The notes under the pieces were generated by a model. That model had not been told where the DNA came from. It saw only the letters and a list, made by a program, of their open reading frames with translations, and ran no database searches. A stretch of DNA of 64,000 nucleotides, from the NCBI GenBank assembly GCA_973895155.1, contig OZ316891.1, positions 29,928,331 through 29,992,330 on the forward strand, in the 5' to 3' direction. The first letter of the stretch is position 1, and the number at the start of each line of letters is the position of its first letter. This document shows positions 24,374 through 36,483 of the stretch, piece after piece. This DNA comes from Marsupella aquatica (lineage: Eukaryota > Plantae > Marchantiophyta). The translations under genes were made by a program, and so were the position numbers.

Positions 24374-27300
24374 ATGGTCACGGAGAGTCCCGTGAGAATG
24401 CTATCGAGAGGGGGAATAAGGGGAGGAATTGGAGGGCCGCTGAGCGACGGCCTCGTTAGGTCAAGCGCGGGTGGAGGACAGGGAATGGCGTCGTCAACGA
24501 GTGGGGATGGAGGAGGTCAAGAACTAAACCGCTTGTTCAAAGCTCGATCGAAGTTCGAGAATGTGCTCAACGAGAGGGGTGGAGTGCCTCAGCGCAGTGG
24601 GAGCGCGCCTCCCAGCGTGGAAGGCTCGCTTCGGGCCATGAGCGGCCTGTTTGTTCATAATAGTAGCAACGCTACGAGTTTGAATCAGGCCGACAACAGC
24701 GTTCAACAGGGCGTGGGAGGAGGTGGGGAGAACCTTGAATTTAAATCCGAGCAGGAGCTCCGGTCTGATCCATCCTACCTAGAGTATTATTACAAGCATG
24801 TTAACCTCAACCCCAGGCTTCCGCCCCCTCTCATATCGAGGGCGAACTGGGGCCTGGCTCAACGGCTCCAATCCGGGGTGCTGCCGCTAGGAAGAATCGG
24901 AGACAAACCCAAACTCATGCGATCTGTGGATGATAGTAGTAGCAGGTCGTTGTTCTCCACGCAACCTGTTCTGCCGACGCACAGGGAAGAACTCGACGAG
25001 AATTCTTCTCACGAGCACCTCGCTAGGCAGAGCTCGGTGGATTGGCTCGAGAGTGGAGGCGGTGATGGTTATCTCGCCGGCATCGGTGGAATGGGGGCCC
25101 GACCCAAGAGTCTGGTGGATCTAATACAGGTGAGTCTTTCTTTTTCTCCCATCCATCATGTCTGGACGGGAAGTCCCTGTCTGTTTCTCAGCAGGTAATG
25201 CCCTGGCCCTGCTTGCTTGGTTTCACGGTCACTGTTGGGGTTCTGTCTGTCGGCTGACATTGGAGCTGCTGTCGGTTTGATTAAGTTGCATTGATGAATA
25301 TTCAGGCCTTGTGCTCACAAAATGTCAGGTTACCTGAAGTACATCTTGAAGCCCATCTTGAAGTACCTGAAGGAGGCATGGTGGCTTGGTTTGATATTAT
25401 TAACCTAGAGATGGGGTGCTTCCGTGTGTAGGAAGGTAGGGAGGCTTGTAACAACGCATTCCAGAAGAAGCTCAATCTGAGAAATGGGAATGTTAAGTTT
25501 CTACCTTTCATCAATTGAAAGGGGCAGTGTGGATTAATGTCGTCGAACGATTAGAATCCTTATAAGCTATATAAAGTCGATTATCATTGGATGTTGTCCC
25601 GATGGAAGAAGAAGACTAGTGTAGGATTGTGCCATCTTGAATGTTGGCACAATAGGATAATGATGATTCTTTGATCAATAGCTGAGAAAGAAAAGGACTA
25701 TTTTCTTTAAAACTCGACTTCAGTCAGGCAAAGAACACGCCGTTTGATTAGCTGTTGATCGTCGCGTATGATGTGGTTGTTTCCATGATATGAACTCCCT
25801 GTATCTATCCACTTTCGTTATCCTGGACGTCTAGTTGTCCACTATGCACTTGACTGAAATGGGTTCGCGCCCTTTGAAGACTCTAGTTTTTGTAGAAATA
25901 CTTACCAAGTTTCCATAGCTTGTCATTTTGTTTCCGAGTGAGCCCTGGTTTATGTTCGAGCAAAATGCCGTAGATTCTATCGTCATCACCTCCAGTTTTC
26001 AAGTCAGGTCTGGACATATCGTTGAGTGAACGTACTCTACGATTCAATGCATCCTTTGTTCTTGGTGAATGTTGTCTTGCTGACTGCAGTGAATGGGGTA
26101 TCTTTAGTTTCGGATGAAAACGTTCATATCTGCAATGGATCCTGTGATGCAACGGCATTGTCATTGATCGTGCATGTGTCCCATTAGTCTTCTTTGTGTC
26201 TTTGCTTGCAAGACCGGAATTTACTGAACAATTGTAAGAGGAAATTCGTCGAAGCCCTGTTTGTCAATCCTGAAGTGGAGAATACTTCTCAATCTTGTGA
26301 CGGCTTCAGTGTGTTAGGCTCCTCGTTTGTTCATGGGAATTGATTGTGTCTTGTTGTACAGGAGGACTTTCCTAGGACGCCGTCGCCTGTATACAACTAC
26401 TCTCGATCCTCAAGCCGCGCCGCCAACGAGGCTGATGGAGGAGATGGGGTTTCTGTGCAGCAGTTGGAAGGGCAGTTGAGTCACAACCGGGATCCCTCTA
26501 GTGCAGCTGCAGAATTCCAGCAGGCAGCTGCAATGGGCTCTCGATCAACCACCCCAATAACTGGAGCAAAGCAACTGCTTGGACCTCTCCCAATAGATTC
26601 TTTGATTGGAAGCAGGTCGGCCAGCCCTATGCAGAGAAACCTCGACCTGGGTTCTAGACAGGCGTCCCTTAGCGCGGTAGCCGCAGCTAATGCTGCGGAA
26701 CTAGCTGCGGCCTTGCAAGGTTTCAGTCTTTCTGATGTACAATCAGCGGCGGACGAGAGAGAGCAATTCAATGCGCACCAGTTGCAGCAGCAAAAATGGA
26801 AGGAACAGCAACAGCAAGTTCGGCTCCAGCAGCAGCAACGACAATATCAGCAACAGCAGCAGAGTCGACAACGCCAAATAACCGACGCTCAGAACCAGGC
26901 CCGGGCTCAGGCGTATAGCCAAGCAATGCAGCACCAGCAGCAGGAACAGCAACAATTGCATGAACAGCAATACCCTGGGGTTGACCCATCAGAATTTAGG
27001 GGTCAAGTAGCAAAGTTTGGTGTTCCTTCACCGCAGGGATCTGCAGGGAGCTCGCAACCTGTATTGCAAGGGGGAGCAGCTGCGCCCATGTACGCTGCTG
27101 CCGTGCAGGCAATGTCATACATGACTGGTAGTCCTTATTTCCAAGGAATGCCCTACGCGCCTCAATATGGTTTAGGCGGATACCCTATGAATCCAGCTAT
27201 TTTTGCCCCTATGATGGCTGGGTATCCTGCTCCTGGGACTATACCGGTTGGATTCGATCAGGCTGCGTCCGCCGCCGCTGTTGCAGCTATGGGCGTCCGA

Positions 27301-30300
27301 GGAATCATTCCGGGGTCACCGGCCCAAGCTGCAGTTGACGTCCAGAATGTATACAAATTTTCTGGCCTCCGACCCCCAATCCCAGATCCAAATATGTTTA
27401 ACATGCACCAGTACTTGCGTGCAGCCGAGGAAGTAAGGGCAACCGCGGTTCTCAATGATGCTAGTCGCTACATGAATCAAAGTCAGCTGGATACGTTAGA
27501 GCTCCAAAAGGGCCAGTTGAATGCCATGCTAGCCTATCCTCAAGATCAGAAATCTCCATATACAAGAAGTGGGGCTATTGGTCTTCCAATTCCTAGCAGC
27601 AGTGGATCAGTGAGTCCAGCATACTATGGCAGTCCCCCTAGTGTTGGCCCCGTCATGCCTTACCCAAACTCGCCAATGGCGAGTCCTGTGCTCCCGGGCT
27701 CCCCAGTTGGCCCTGCGAGTTTGTCAGTCCGTCGAGATGATCGGAGTCGGCGTCTGCCTCTTGGAGCTAGTAGAACCAGCTCGTCTGGAGCTGCAAATTA
27801 CGCAAATTGGCAAAACCAGGCCAGGAGTGAAGAAGGTGATGAAATCCGTGGATCTACTGTACTTGAGGAGTTCAAGAACAGCAAGACCCGTCGTTTTGAG
27901 CTCTCCGATATCGCCGGACATGTCGTCGAGTTCAGGTATTTGTCTTCTTACTAGTAGATTTGTTGGCCCTCACTAGTGTTTCTTAGTGTCACCATCTCAT
28001 GTGCCTCGGTTTGAACGTAGGAACAATGTGTTGACCGCAAGCCACAAGATCAACAGGTCAAATGTGCATTGTCTGCCGCCATAGTGTACGCACCATATGT
28101 AATATTTAGCTGAAATCTGCTCATTGTTTCTTACAGTGCTGATCAGCATGGGAGTCGATTCATCCAGCAGAAATTAGAGACTGCAAATCCAGAAGAGAAA
28201 TCAATGGTCTTTCAGGAGGTGTTGCCACGAGCGTTAACCCTTATGACAGATGTTTTTGGCAACTACGTCATCCAGAAGGTAGTATCTAATTCTTTTCGTG
28301 AACGTGATGACTCCCGCGCCAAATTCCGTATTTAGAAACCTTATCTCCATACCGACACACTAGTCCTATTATTAGGAGATTATTGTAGTAATGGGTTGTG
28401 ACAACTTTGTCAAACACTCTGCTCACGAGTGAGCTGTAGGGTTTATGAATTTACTTTACGGGACAGCTTTTCTTTTAATTATCCATTTGGTAACCTGAAT
28501 ACGCTGGCCTGATAACTGATTTTCTTGTCGAATCAATTCGTACTCGATCTCGCATAATTATGTATTTTACATCTTTAATTTCCTCACAAGTTTTGTCCAG
28601 CACGTTAGCAGCTATATCTATGTGGAAAATGAAACCCCATGCACCTCACATGTTGATGGTGCAACTCCCGCTTGTAAATTTGCTCTATGTCAACTCATTT
28701 GCCCTTACGGTTGTGTTGCTTCACTTTAAAACAGTTCTTTGAGCACGGGACTCCGCAGCAGAGGAGGGATCTTGCAAGCCAATTGGTGGGGCATGTCCTT
28801 GCTTTAAGTCTGCAGATGTATGGATGCAGAGTGATACAGAAGGTGCCTGTTCCTATCTATGCTGTGTAAATTGTGGAGAAAGTAGTTGTAATGATCGCCA
28901 TGTCGAGATTGTTTGTCGGGATTGTATGTGCCAATTTTCTTGTATTAGCTGTGCTTTAATTTTAAGTCAGTAATTGGAGGGCCATATCTTCTTTCGCAAC
29001 AAACTAGTTGGATACAGAGTGAAGGCAGGTATCTACCTGCCAAGGCTGCTAGTTGTTGTGTTTGCGGTTCTGATTCTCGTTTGTGTAATAGCAAGGCGGA
29101 TGCCAAAGTTTGACAACCTTTCTTGGTCCTTTATCGCATGTCCCTACCTGACTTTGCGGTTTGCCTCCTTGTGGTTTTATAGGCACTGGAGGTGGTGGAT
29201 GTAGACCAGCAGACGCAGCTCGTTTCTGAGCTTGATGGTCATGTAATGCGATGTGTCCGAGATCAGAATGGCAACCACGTGATTCAGAAGTGTATCGAGT
29301 GTGTTCCACCAGATAGGATTCACTTCATACTGTCTGCCTTCCATGGGCAAGTTTTGGTGCTGTCTACGCATCCTTATGGGTGCCGTGTCATCCAGGTGCG
29401 GTGTGAAGGCTTTCTCCCAAAAGGACCGTAGTTTTGCTGATTGACTAAGTGGTTGGCTCGACGCTCATTGTTTAGAAACTTCCGAATGATAGGTTTACCT
29501 GAGGATTGTGCGACTCTTTGGATGTGGTACCCTTTGATCGCGTGAAATCTATACTCGTGTCTGTTCTTGGATGCAGAGAGTGTTAGAGAATGGTACTGAC
29601 TCTCAGAAGCAACGAGGCATAATGGAGGAAATATTGAGGTCAACATGTAGTCTTGCCCAAGATCAGTACGGGAACTATGTGGTCCAGGTACAGACATTCG
29701 CGACTAGTCCATTTGAATTGTTTCATTGATGTGAGAAACAATAGACGGTAAGAAGAGAACACTTTTGAAAGTTTTCCCGGATTGGACAGTCCTCTGCTAT
29801 TTTCTTTCCCTGTAGTGTTTAGGGTGTAATATACGAAGCTCTCTTCTGGCAACTAACTAATTTATCATGGATGCTGCAGCATGTACTCGAACACGGGAGG
29901 GGACTTGAAAGAAGTGACATCATAACAAAACTTGCAGGCCAGATTGTACAGATGAGTCAACACAAGTTTGCCTCAAATGTTATCGAGAAGTGTCTGGAGT
30001 TTGGAGGTCCAGCTGAGCGCCAAATTTTGATCACCGAGATGCTTGGTCACACAGACGAGAATGAGCCCCTGCAGGTACTATAAATCCCGCATATGAGGTC
30101 TATATGGTGAAGAGTTTCCTACCCTTAGTCTACCTTGGATTGTTGGGTATGCATGCATAGCATTGAATGGTTCACTTTGATATAAAGGTGGACATGCAAT
30201 GGAGTTGTTTGATTTTAACCATGAGGGTGCCAGTATTGCTCATCACTAGGTTTGGCGGTTTGCAGGCCATGATGAAAGATCAATTCGCAAATTATGTGGT

Positions 30301-30665
30301 ACAAAAAGTCCTCGAGACTTGTGATGATCAGCAGCGAGAAATGCTACTGTCTCGGATTCGAGTGCATTTACATGCCCTTAAAAAGTACACTTATGGCAAG
30401 CATATCGTTGCACGTGTTGAGAAACTAGTGGCTGCCGGAGGTTAGCATTCGCTTGCTGTCAAGCAATTCTCCGTACCTTCTCTTTTTTGCCTAGAAAAAG
30501 TTTAGTTATTGACAGTTGAAAGAAACTGCGGCAGCATTAATTCGCCACTATAAGAATGTCAACCTACCTTAATGCTGAAGATGATCGTGGATGACAGAAA
30601 GACGGAGTGCAACTGCAGCATACAACAATAATTTGGCTCTCATGGCAGCAGCTGCATCCTCTTGA
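24374..30665 (+). CDS. PUM: Pumilio/PUF RNA-binding protein (APUM1-6 group); exons 24374-25129, 26362-27935, 28137-28278, 28735-28842, 29183-29395, 29577-29687, 29880-30074, 30266-30440, 30598-30665
   Basis: N-terminal motifs [41 protein letters not shown]. Eight Puf repeats ([72 protein letters not shown]). All junctions GT-AG and in phase. Confidence 0.96.
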
Positions 30666-32173
30666 CCTCGAAGTTGGCATGTTTTGGACCTGGGAGCTTT
30701 GAATTCATTCCTTCTGCAGTCGAGGGCCGTTCTTCCAAGCGTGTTTCAGTTTCCACTACACTGGGAAGCTGCCTCGGAACACATTGAGCTTCAAGCCCAG
30801 TACCCTGAGGTATCACCGAGCATAGGTTTGTGGACGGCGGGCCTCATGAAGTAAGTAATGGTATGAGAAGCCTGGTTTTCCTTTTCATTAGTATACCATC
30901 CTACCCAACGTTTATAAGAGATGGAGGGAGCCTGTAATGGTTGGGTGGCTGACGGGTGGGGAGAGGGTGACTGAGATCGTTCCGGGCGGTATCTTCAATA
31001 GTTCTTTGTGGTTATTGTAAGTGTTGGCTCCTTCTGAGGGTGCTAGCGTTGTGAAGGTTTTAAATGGTCCAGCTTCTGACCTTGGAATTCATCGTCGTGC
31101 GAAGATGGTGGAAATTTCTCCATATTGAAAAAGGGATGACATTGTTTCTTTGTGGTTTTCTGTTATCGTTGCAGGATGGCATTGACAGACCTCGTGGAAA
31201 TGAGGGACATGCATTAACCCTCATGGTTATGATAGTTTCTGAGAGGTATGTGAGGCAAGTGAAGTTTCTGTGCATATTTTCTCACTTCTCGTGTTGGGCA
31301 CGGCTAATGTCAAGTATTGGTTTCCTTGAGATAAGTGATGATGACAATCGAAAGTGGAGATGGACTATCGAGGACCATGATGATGTGGTCGGTGTTCAAG
31401 GAGAGCATGAGCTGGGTTTCATGGACTTTTTTCCATTTTAGGTTGTATTCCGATCTTTCAGTGATGCATCCGAGAGAAGAGTGTCACGAGGCTTCTGCGT
31501 GTCTAGTGGAGTTGACGATGTGCTGCAGCGTTACATTCACAGGCAGACATCGGAAGTCATAGTGCACTGGCGAGATGGCGTTCATGCGTGACATTCTGGA
31601 GGTAATGCCGAGGATGTCCGGGCTGTCTTTCTCACAGTAGGAAGAGATGTGTTGGTCATTGTATTACATCAACCTGTGAGAGGGGAAGGCGACGACGGAT
31701 TGGTTGGGAGGATGCTTTGCTCTCAACCCGAGAGATGTAGAAGGTGATTATAGAAGAAAATTGTTAGCGTTGCTGGGTGGTGGAATAGGTGTGATGGTTG
31801 ATGCACACTTTGGCTCATCTAGGAGCGGATACCATGGCGTGGCTCCTAACCTCGAGCACAGGACGTTATTTGTGATGGAGATGCTGACCCGTACCAGAGT
31901 AGAATGTCAGAATTCATGGAACAATGAGGGTGTCCTGGTGGTGCGGGAGGGACTGGAGAATCTTACAGCTAAGGGTATTTGTGTGCCATCGACGATGAAA
32001 AGACTTCAGTGGATTCCTTTTTGATGCAGATGGGTATTTTGTCACAAAGACATGACACAAGTTAGGCTAAAAAGAAAGCAAGCACCAACATTGGTGCTAC
32101 AATACTGTCAGTAGTGAGAGAGGATGATAAACAAGATTGTCCTCCATTGCCTCATGGAGCGATGAAGACTGAG

Positions 32174-32246
32174 TGCCCGAAGGATGAAGTGGCTAGAGTT
32201 CTAGTTTACAAAGGAATCTTGAGCAGGTTCGAAACCCATGAGGGCA
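32174..32246 (+). other. Degenerate tRNA-like / SINE-head sequence
   Basis: TGCCC...GGGCA ends pair; A-box-like GAAGTGGCTAGAG; B-box GGTTCGAAACCC. The arms do not fold as a clean tRNA. Confidence 0.3.
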
Positions 32247-32920
32247 TGAGCATAGACCCTTCGTGTGGAGTTGTCGATGTCTGACGACATTCGATGTCTG
32301 ACGACATTCTCCTGTTGGGGTGCAAGGACAGTAATTTTAGTGAACAGAGACAATGGTTGATTAGGGTAATTTATAGTGATGGAGATAACAAAATCTGTAT
32401 ATTGCAAGGAGAAGCAACTGTCTCCAGGAGGCAGATGTATTTTGGAAACTTAGATGCATTTTGGAAACGGGATGGAGCTATTTGTCAATGGATTTGTGTG
32501 TAAAAACTATGGCTTTGTAACTATGTATCTTGGTAAATATTTGTCTTGGTAAGCATATTCTTTTCAGCTTTCATATTTTAGACCTTTCATATAACATTTC
32601 CGTGTTTGTTCCACTTCATTCTTCTAAGCTACCGCTAGGCGATATCACGTTGTCGTAGCAATAGCGACCAAAGACAATAGGGATATCCAAGAGAAAATAT
32701 GAAACCAAAGGCCACAAAACCAAGAATTGTGACTAGTAGGGCTGCTAAAGAAGCCCAGTGACTGCACAGTTTAGATTATTCACAAATCAACTAGTAAAGA
32801 GCATCACTGTCCATTGCCATCTAAACCCAATTTAGTCTTGACATGACAGACGCAATCGTCACTGCTTATCATATCTCTGCAATTTCGTCTTTATATTTGG
32901 TCTTGGAGAGATGATAGCTC

Positions 32921-33044
32921 TGCAAACTGAGCCTTTAGGTTTTTGGAGGTCAATCCCACGTTTCTCCTTGACGTCTGATGTGCAAACTGAGTCTTTAGGA
33001 TTTTGGAGGTGAGTCCCACGTTTCTCCTTGACGTCTGATGTGCA
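32921..33044. repeat. 60-bp tandem duplication
   Basis: TGCAAACTGAG...CCCACGTTTCTCCTTGACGTCTGATG occurs twice. Confidence 0.85.
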
Positions 33045-33510
33045 GAGATTCCATGCGGACCTATCCTCAAAATATTAATAAGAAATATTATTGTTGGACA
33101 AATGAATGCCTTCAAACCAACAGCCGAAGTGTGGACGGGAGTGTGGAGCTTTTGGTCTTGATGCTCAGGGACTCCTTAAGTTGTTTTTTACAGTCTGCCG
33201 TGAAGGAGTAAGTCAAGATTTGGGTTCTTATCAAGGCCTCTACGATTTCTAGATGTCCATGGGTAGGTAGTCTAGCCTCCTGAGTGAGTATTTCATTTCA
33301 TTCTTTGTTGCCCTCCCATATGGCAACAGATTTTAGGAGGGACAGTCACGCTGGTGCAGGTCCAGTGCAAAGTATCAACGAAACCCGAAAACAAACTCTC
33401 TAAATTTAATTTGCTGACAAAACCACTTATACACAAAAACGAAAATAGTTCCTATGTACACTACTCTAGATTTCAAATAAATTAAAACTCCTTCAAGACC
33501 TTTCCAAACA

Positions 33511-36483
33511 TCAAACACTATAATATATGAGTCCTGCCTAAAATCCTGAATCGTCTGCTTACAAAAATGACAAAAGGCGGGAACACATCCTGACTGATGA
33601 ATACATGACTGTGAAGATTTTTCATCACCCTTGGATGAGCCAAAATAGTCTCACACCTCCTGCCCTGCACTTCTTGCTCTCCACCTCCCTCCACTTGCAC
33701 ACGGTACCATGTTTATGCACTGTACCCTCAGCTCTCCCAACGTACCCATTACCCAAAGTACTTTTCCCTCGGGCACAGTACATGTACCCAAAGTACTGAG
33801 GGTCCACATTAATCAAAGTACTTTTGCCTTGCCCACGGAACCCAATTTTGGGTCCTTGGTAATTTTTTTCATCCCCTTGGAATGGTCTCATTCCTTTGCA
33901 ACAACTTATTTTTGAAAGGTTGTTAATTACCTTTTTGCAAGAGTGACCAATGTCCAGGGTGTGAAGGAAAAGATGCTCAAAATATTAATTATCTGATTAC
34001 TTTAATTTCTTGACCTTTAGATTTCCCTAGATTTAGGGATGACTGTTAAATTCCTCGGGGGTTTCACTTCCACAAAAATGACACATCACGTGCGACGAAA
34101 TATATGGTCATTTTATTGGTTCAAAAAGAATACTTAAGAATTTTCTGAGAAGAACAATTATATGGTTTTTTAAATCAAATTTTGAGACTTATAAGAACAT
34201 TTGGGTCCTTATAACCAAATTTTGGAATATTCCAAGAATATTCCAACTTTATAGGGGTTGAAAAATAATTTTTTTCTTACATTTTAGGGGGTCTGAGGCC
34301 TAAAAACGTCACAGGTGACGAGGAAGCATCCATATAGTGAGACCCCCGAGTTAAATTCTGGCTAATTAATGGGGCCTGTGATTAGGTGGAACATTGGCTA
34401 ATGAGACAGGAATATATTAGTGAATTTTTGCCGAAAGTGGCAAAAGCTTATTGGGGAGGTGAAATTTGGTAAAATTTTGCCACTAAAACAAACACTGCTT
34501 TGCACTCTCTTGCCCTCTGTCTCCCTTCACCTACACAGAGTACCACACATTGTACCCTCACCTCGCTAACCTAGGTGAGGACAGAACAAATTTACCTTCA
34601 GCGGGTGCCTGAGTCTTGTGCCTGGCTTCTGGCAAGTCACTTTTCTCTCCTAGAAGTGTCATCCTTTGATGGATACTCTGTGTCTGCAAATGTCTTGGGT
34701 CTTTTGTGACGGTGTGTCCTAACCGACATACACCTAGGGTCTATCAAGCTTGATTGTGGGTGCATAAAAATGCTGATATGTCACGTGGGTTGGATATTAT
34801 ACTCTAGATGATTAAGGGGTTTTGACATTTGGGGCAATATGAGGACTCAAAGGGAGATATTGGAGGTTGAGATAGAACTCTATGCCCAAAAGAGATTATT
34901 TTAAATGTGTTTTGATCCCTAAATCCTCACCCCACTCATATATTTTCATGAAAACCTGTTGTCTACTTTACTGTTTTCCATATCGACAACATGGACACAA
35001 ATGCACCACTTGAGTCACAACAACTTCCATGCAACATGTCACACCATTCTAGGTAGTGTTCGAGTGTATCGTACTATCTAGATCCGTATGTTTGGTATGT
35101 GTGCTATATGAGCCAATAAGGTTCCGTTAGGTTTGTGTGCTCAGAGGGTAGTTCTCTCTTGTGAGGCATTGAAAGGTTATCTTTCAATGTTAAGCCTTGG
35201 AGAGGGGAGCTTGTGTGATGGCTATGGTGGCTGCGAGCTCTCTCTATGTAACGTGGATTCCTTGAGTGCAAGGTGCGTTGGCTCGACATACGTGTGTGAT
35301 CGGATCGGACGGGATTGAGTGCGTATTGTTGGCGTCGATCGTCATTTGGATTCTATTGAGATTGTGGGTTGGACATGTGTGGACATGAGTTCCACTTGTA
35401 TTCCATTCTCTTGTGTTTGTGATGCACGGCAATGTGACTATGTTTGAATGTATGTGACAAACGATGTATGTTGTGTAGCAATGTGTATGCACACGACAAA
35501 CACCACTTCTACTCAACAAACATTTTCAAGAACTATTTTCTTGGCAATTGTATTGTTTGACAATACTGTCTAATAAATTTATTGTTAAATTGCAATCTTC
35601 CTTGACTCTTTTCACAACCACAACATTTTTCCTTGAGTCCACAACATTTTAATTTTGAAACATTTTCACCTTGACAATGTTTTTTCTCAACAACACTTTC
35701 TCTCAATTACTTACTTCATGCATTACTTACTTGATGCTTTTTCTCACTTTGACATATTTTCTCACTTTGACGTCATTCTTTTTCTCTTCTCCACATCTTT
35801 TGCTCTCATCAACATCTTTTTCTCACCTCTACATCATTTTCTCTCCTCAACATCTTTTGCTCTCATCAACACCTTTTTCTCATCTTAAAATCTTTCCTCA
35901 AACACCTTCACATATTTTTTTCACCTTCAGTCGACATTTTTTCTCATCCCAACATCTATTTCTAGCTCTCAACATCTTTTATCTCCTTGATATATTTTTC
36001 TCACCTCAACATCGTTTCTCACCTCGACATCTTCAGTGCAACACATGGGCATTGGGATCTGTTTCTCATTTTGAGATCTTTGTCCCACCATGACATCTTT
36101 TCTTTCCTTCCCTCTCCTTGATATTTTTTCTCCCTCTAAATCTTCTCCTCACCTCTATATCATTTTCTCACCTCAACAAGTTTTCTCTCCTTGACATCTT
36201 TTTTCTCTCGTTGACACTTTTTCCTGCTTTGTTTCCTCACCTCAACATCATTTTCTCACTCATCTATTTTTCCACCATGACATATTTTTTCATCTTAACA
36301 TCTTTTCTCCCTTGGACATCTTTTATCTCCTTGACAAGTTTTCCTCTCCTTGACATCTTTTTATCTACTCAACATCTTTTGCTCACCTTCCCATATTTTG
36401 TCTCTTCTCAACATCTTTTTTCTTTTCTCAACATCTTTTTCTCACCTCGATAACTTTCATGCAATGCACGGGCATTGGGCTAG
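33511..36483 (+). mobile_element. Non-autonomous Helitron-like element (copy 2) with a nested MITE
   Basis: 5' A|TCAAACACTATAATAT...GGCGGGAA is homologous to the 46619 end; 3' TGCAATGCACGGGCATTGGGCTAG|T; TTCTCACCTCAACATCTTTT-type minisatellite at ~35650-36450. Confidence 0.7.
34054..34350. mobile_element. 297-bp MITE (same family as 10149-10444)
   Basis: 8-bp TSD TTAAATTC (34046-34053, 34351-34358); TIRs CTCGGGGGTTTCAC / GTGAGACCCCCGAG. Confidence 0.93.
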
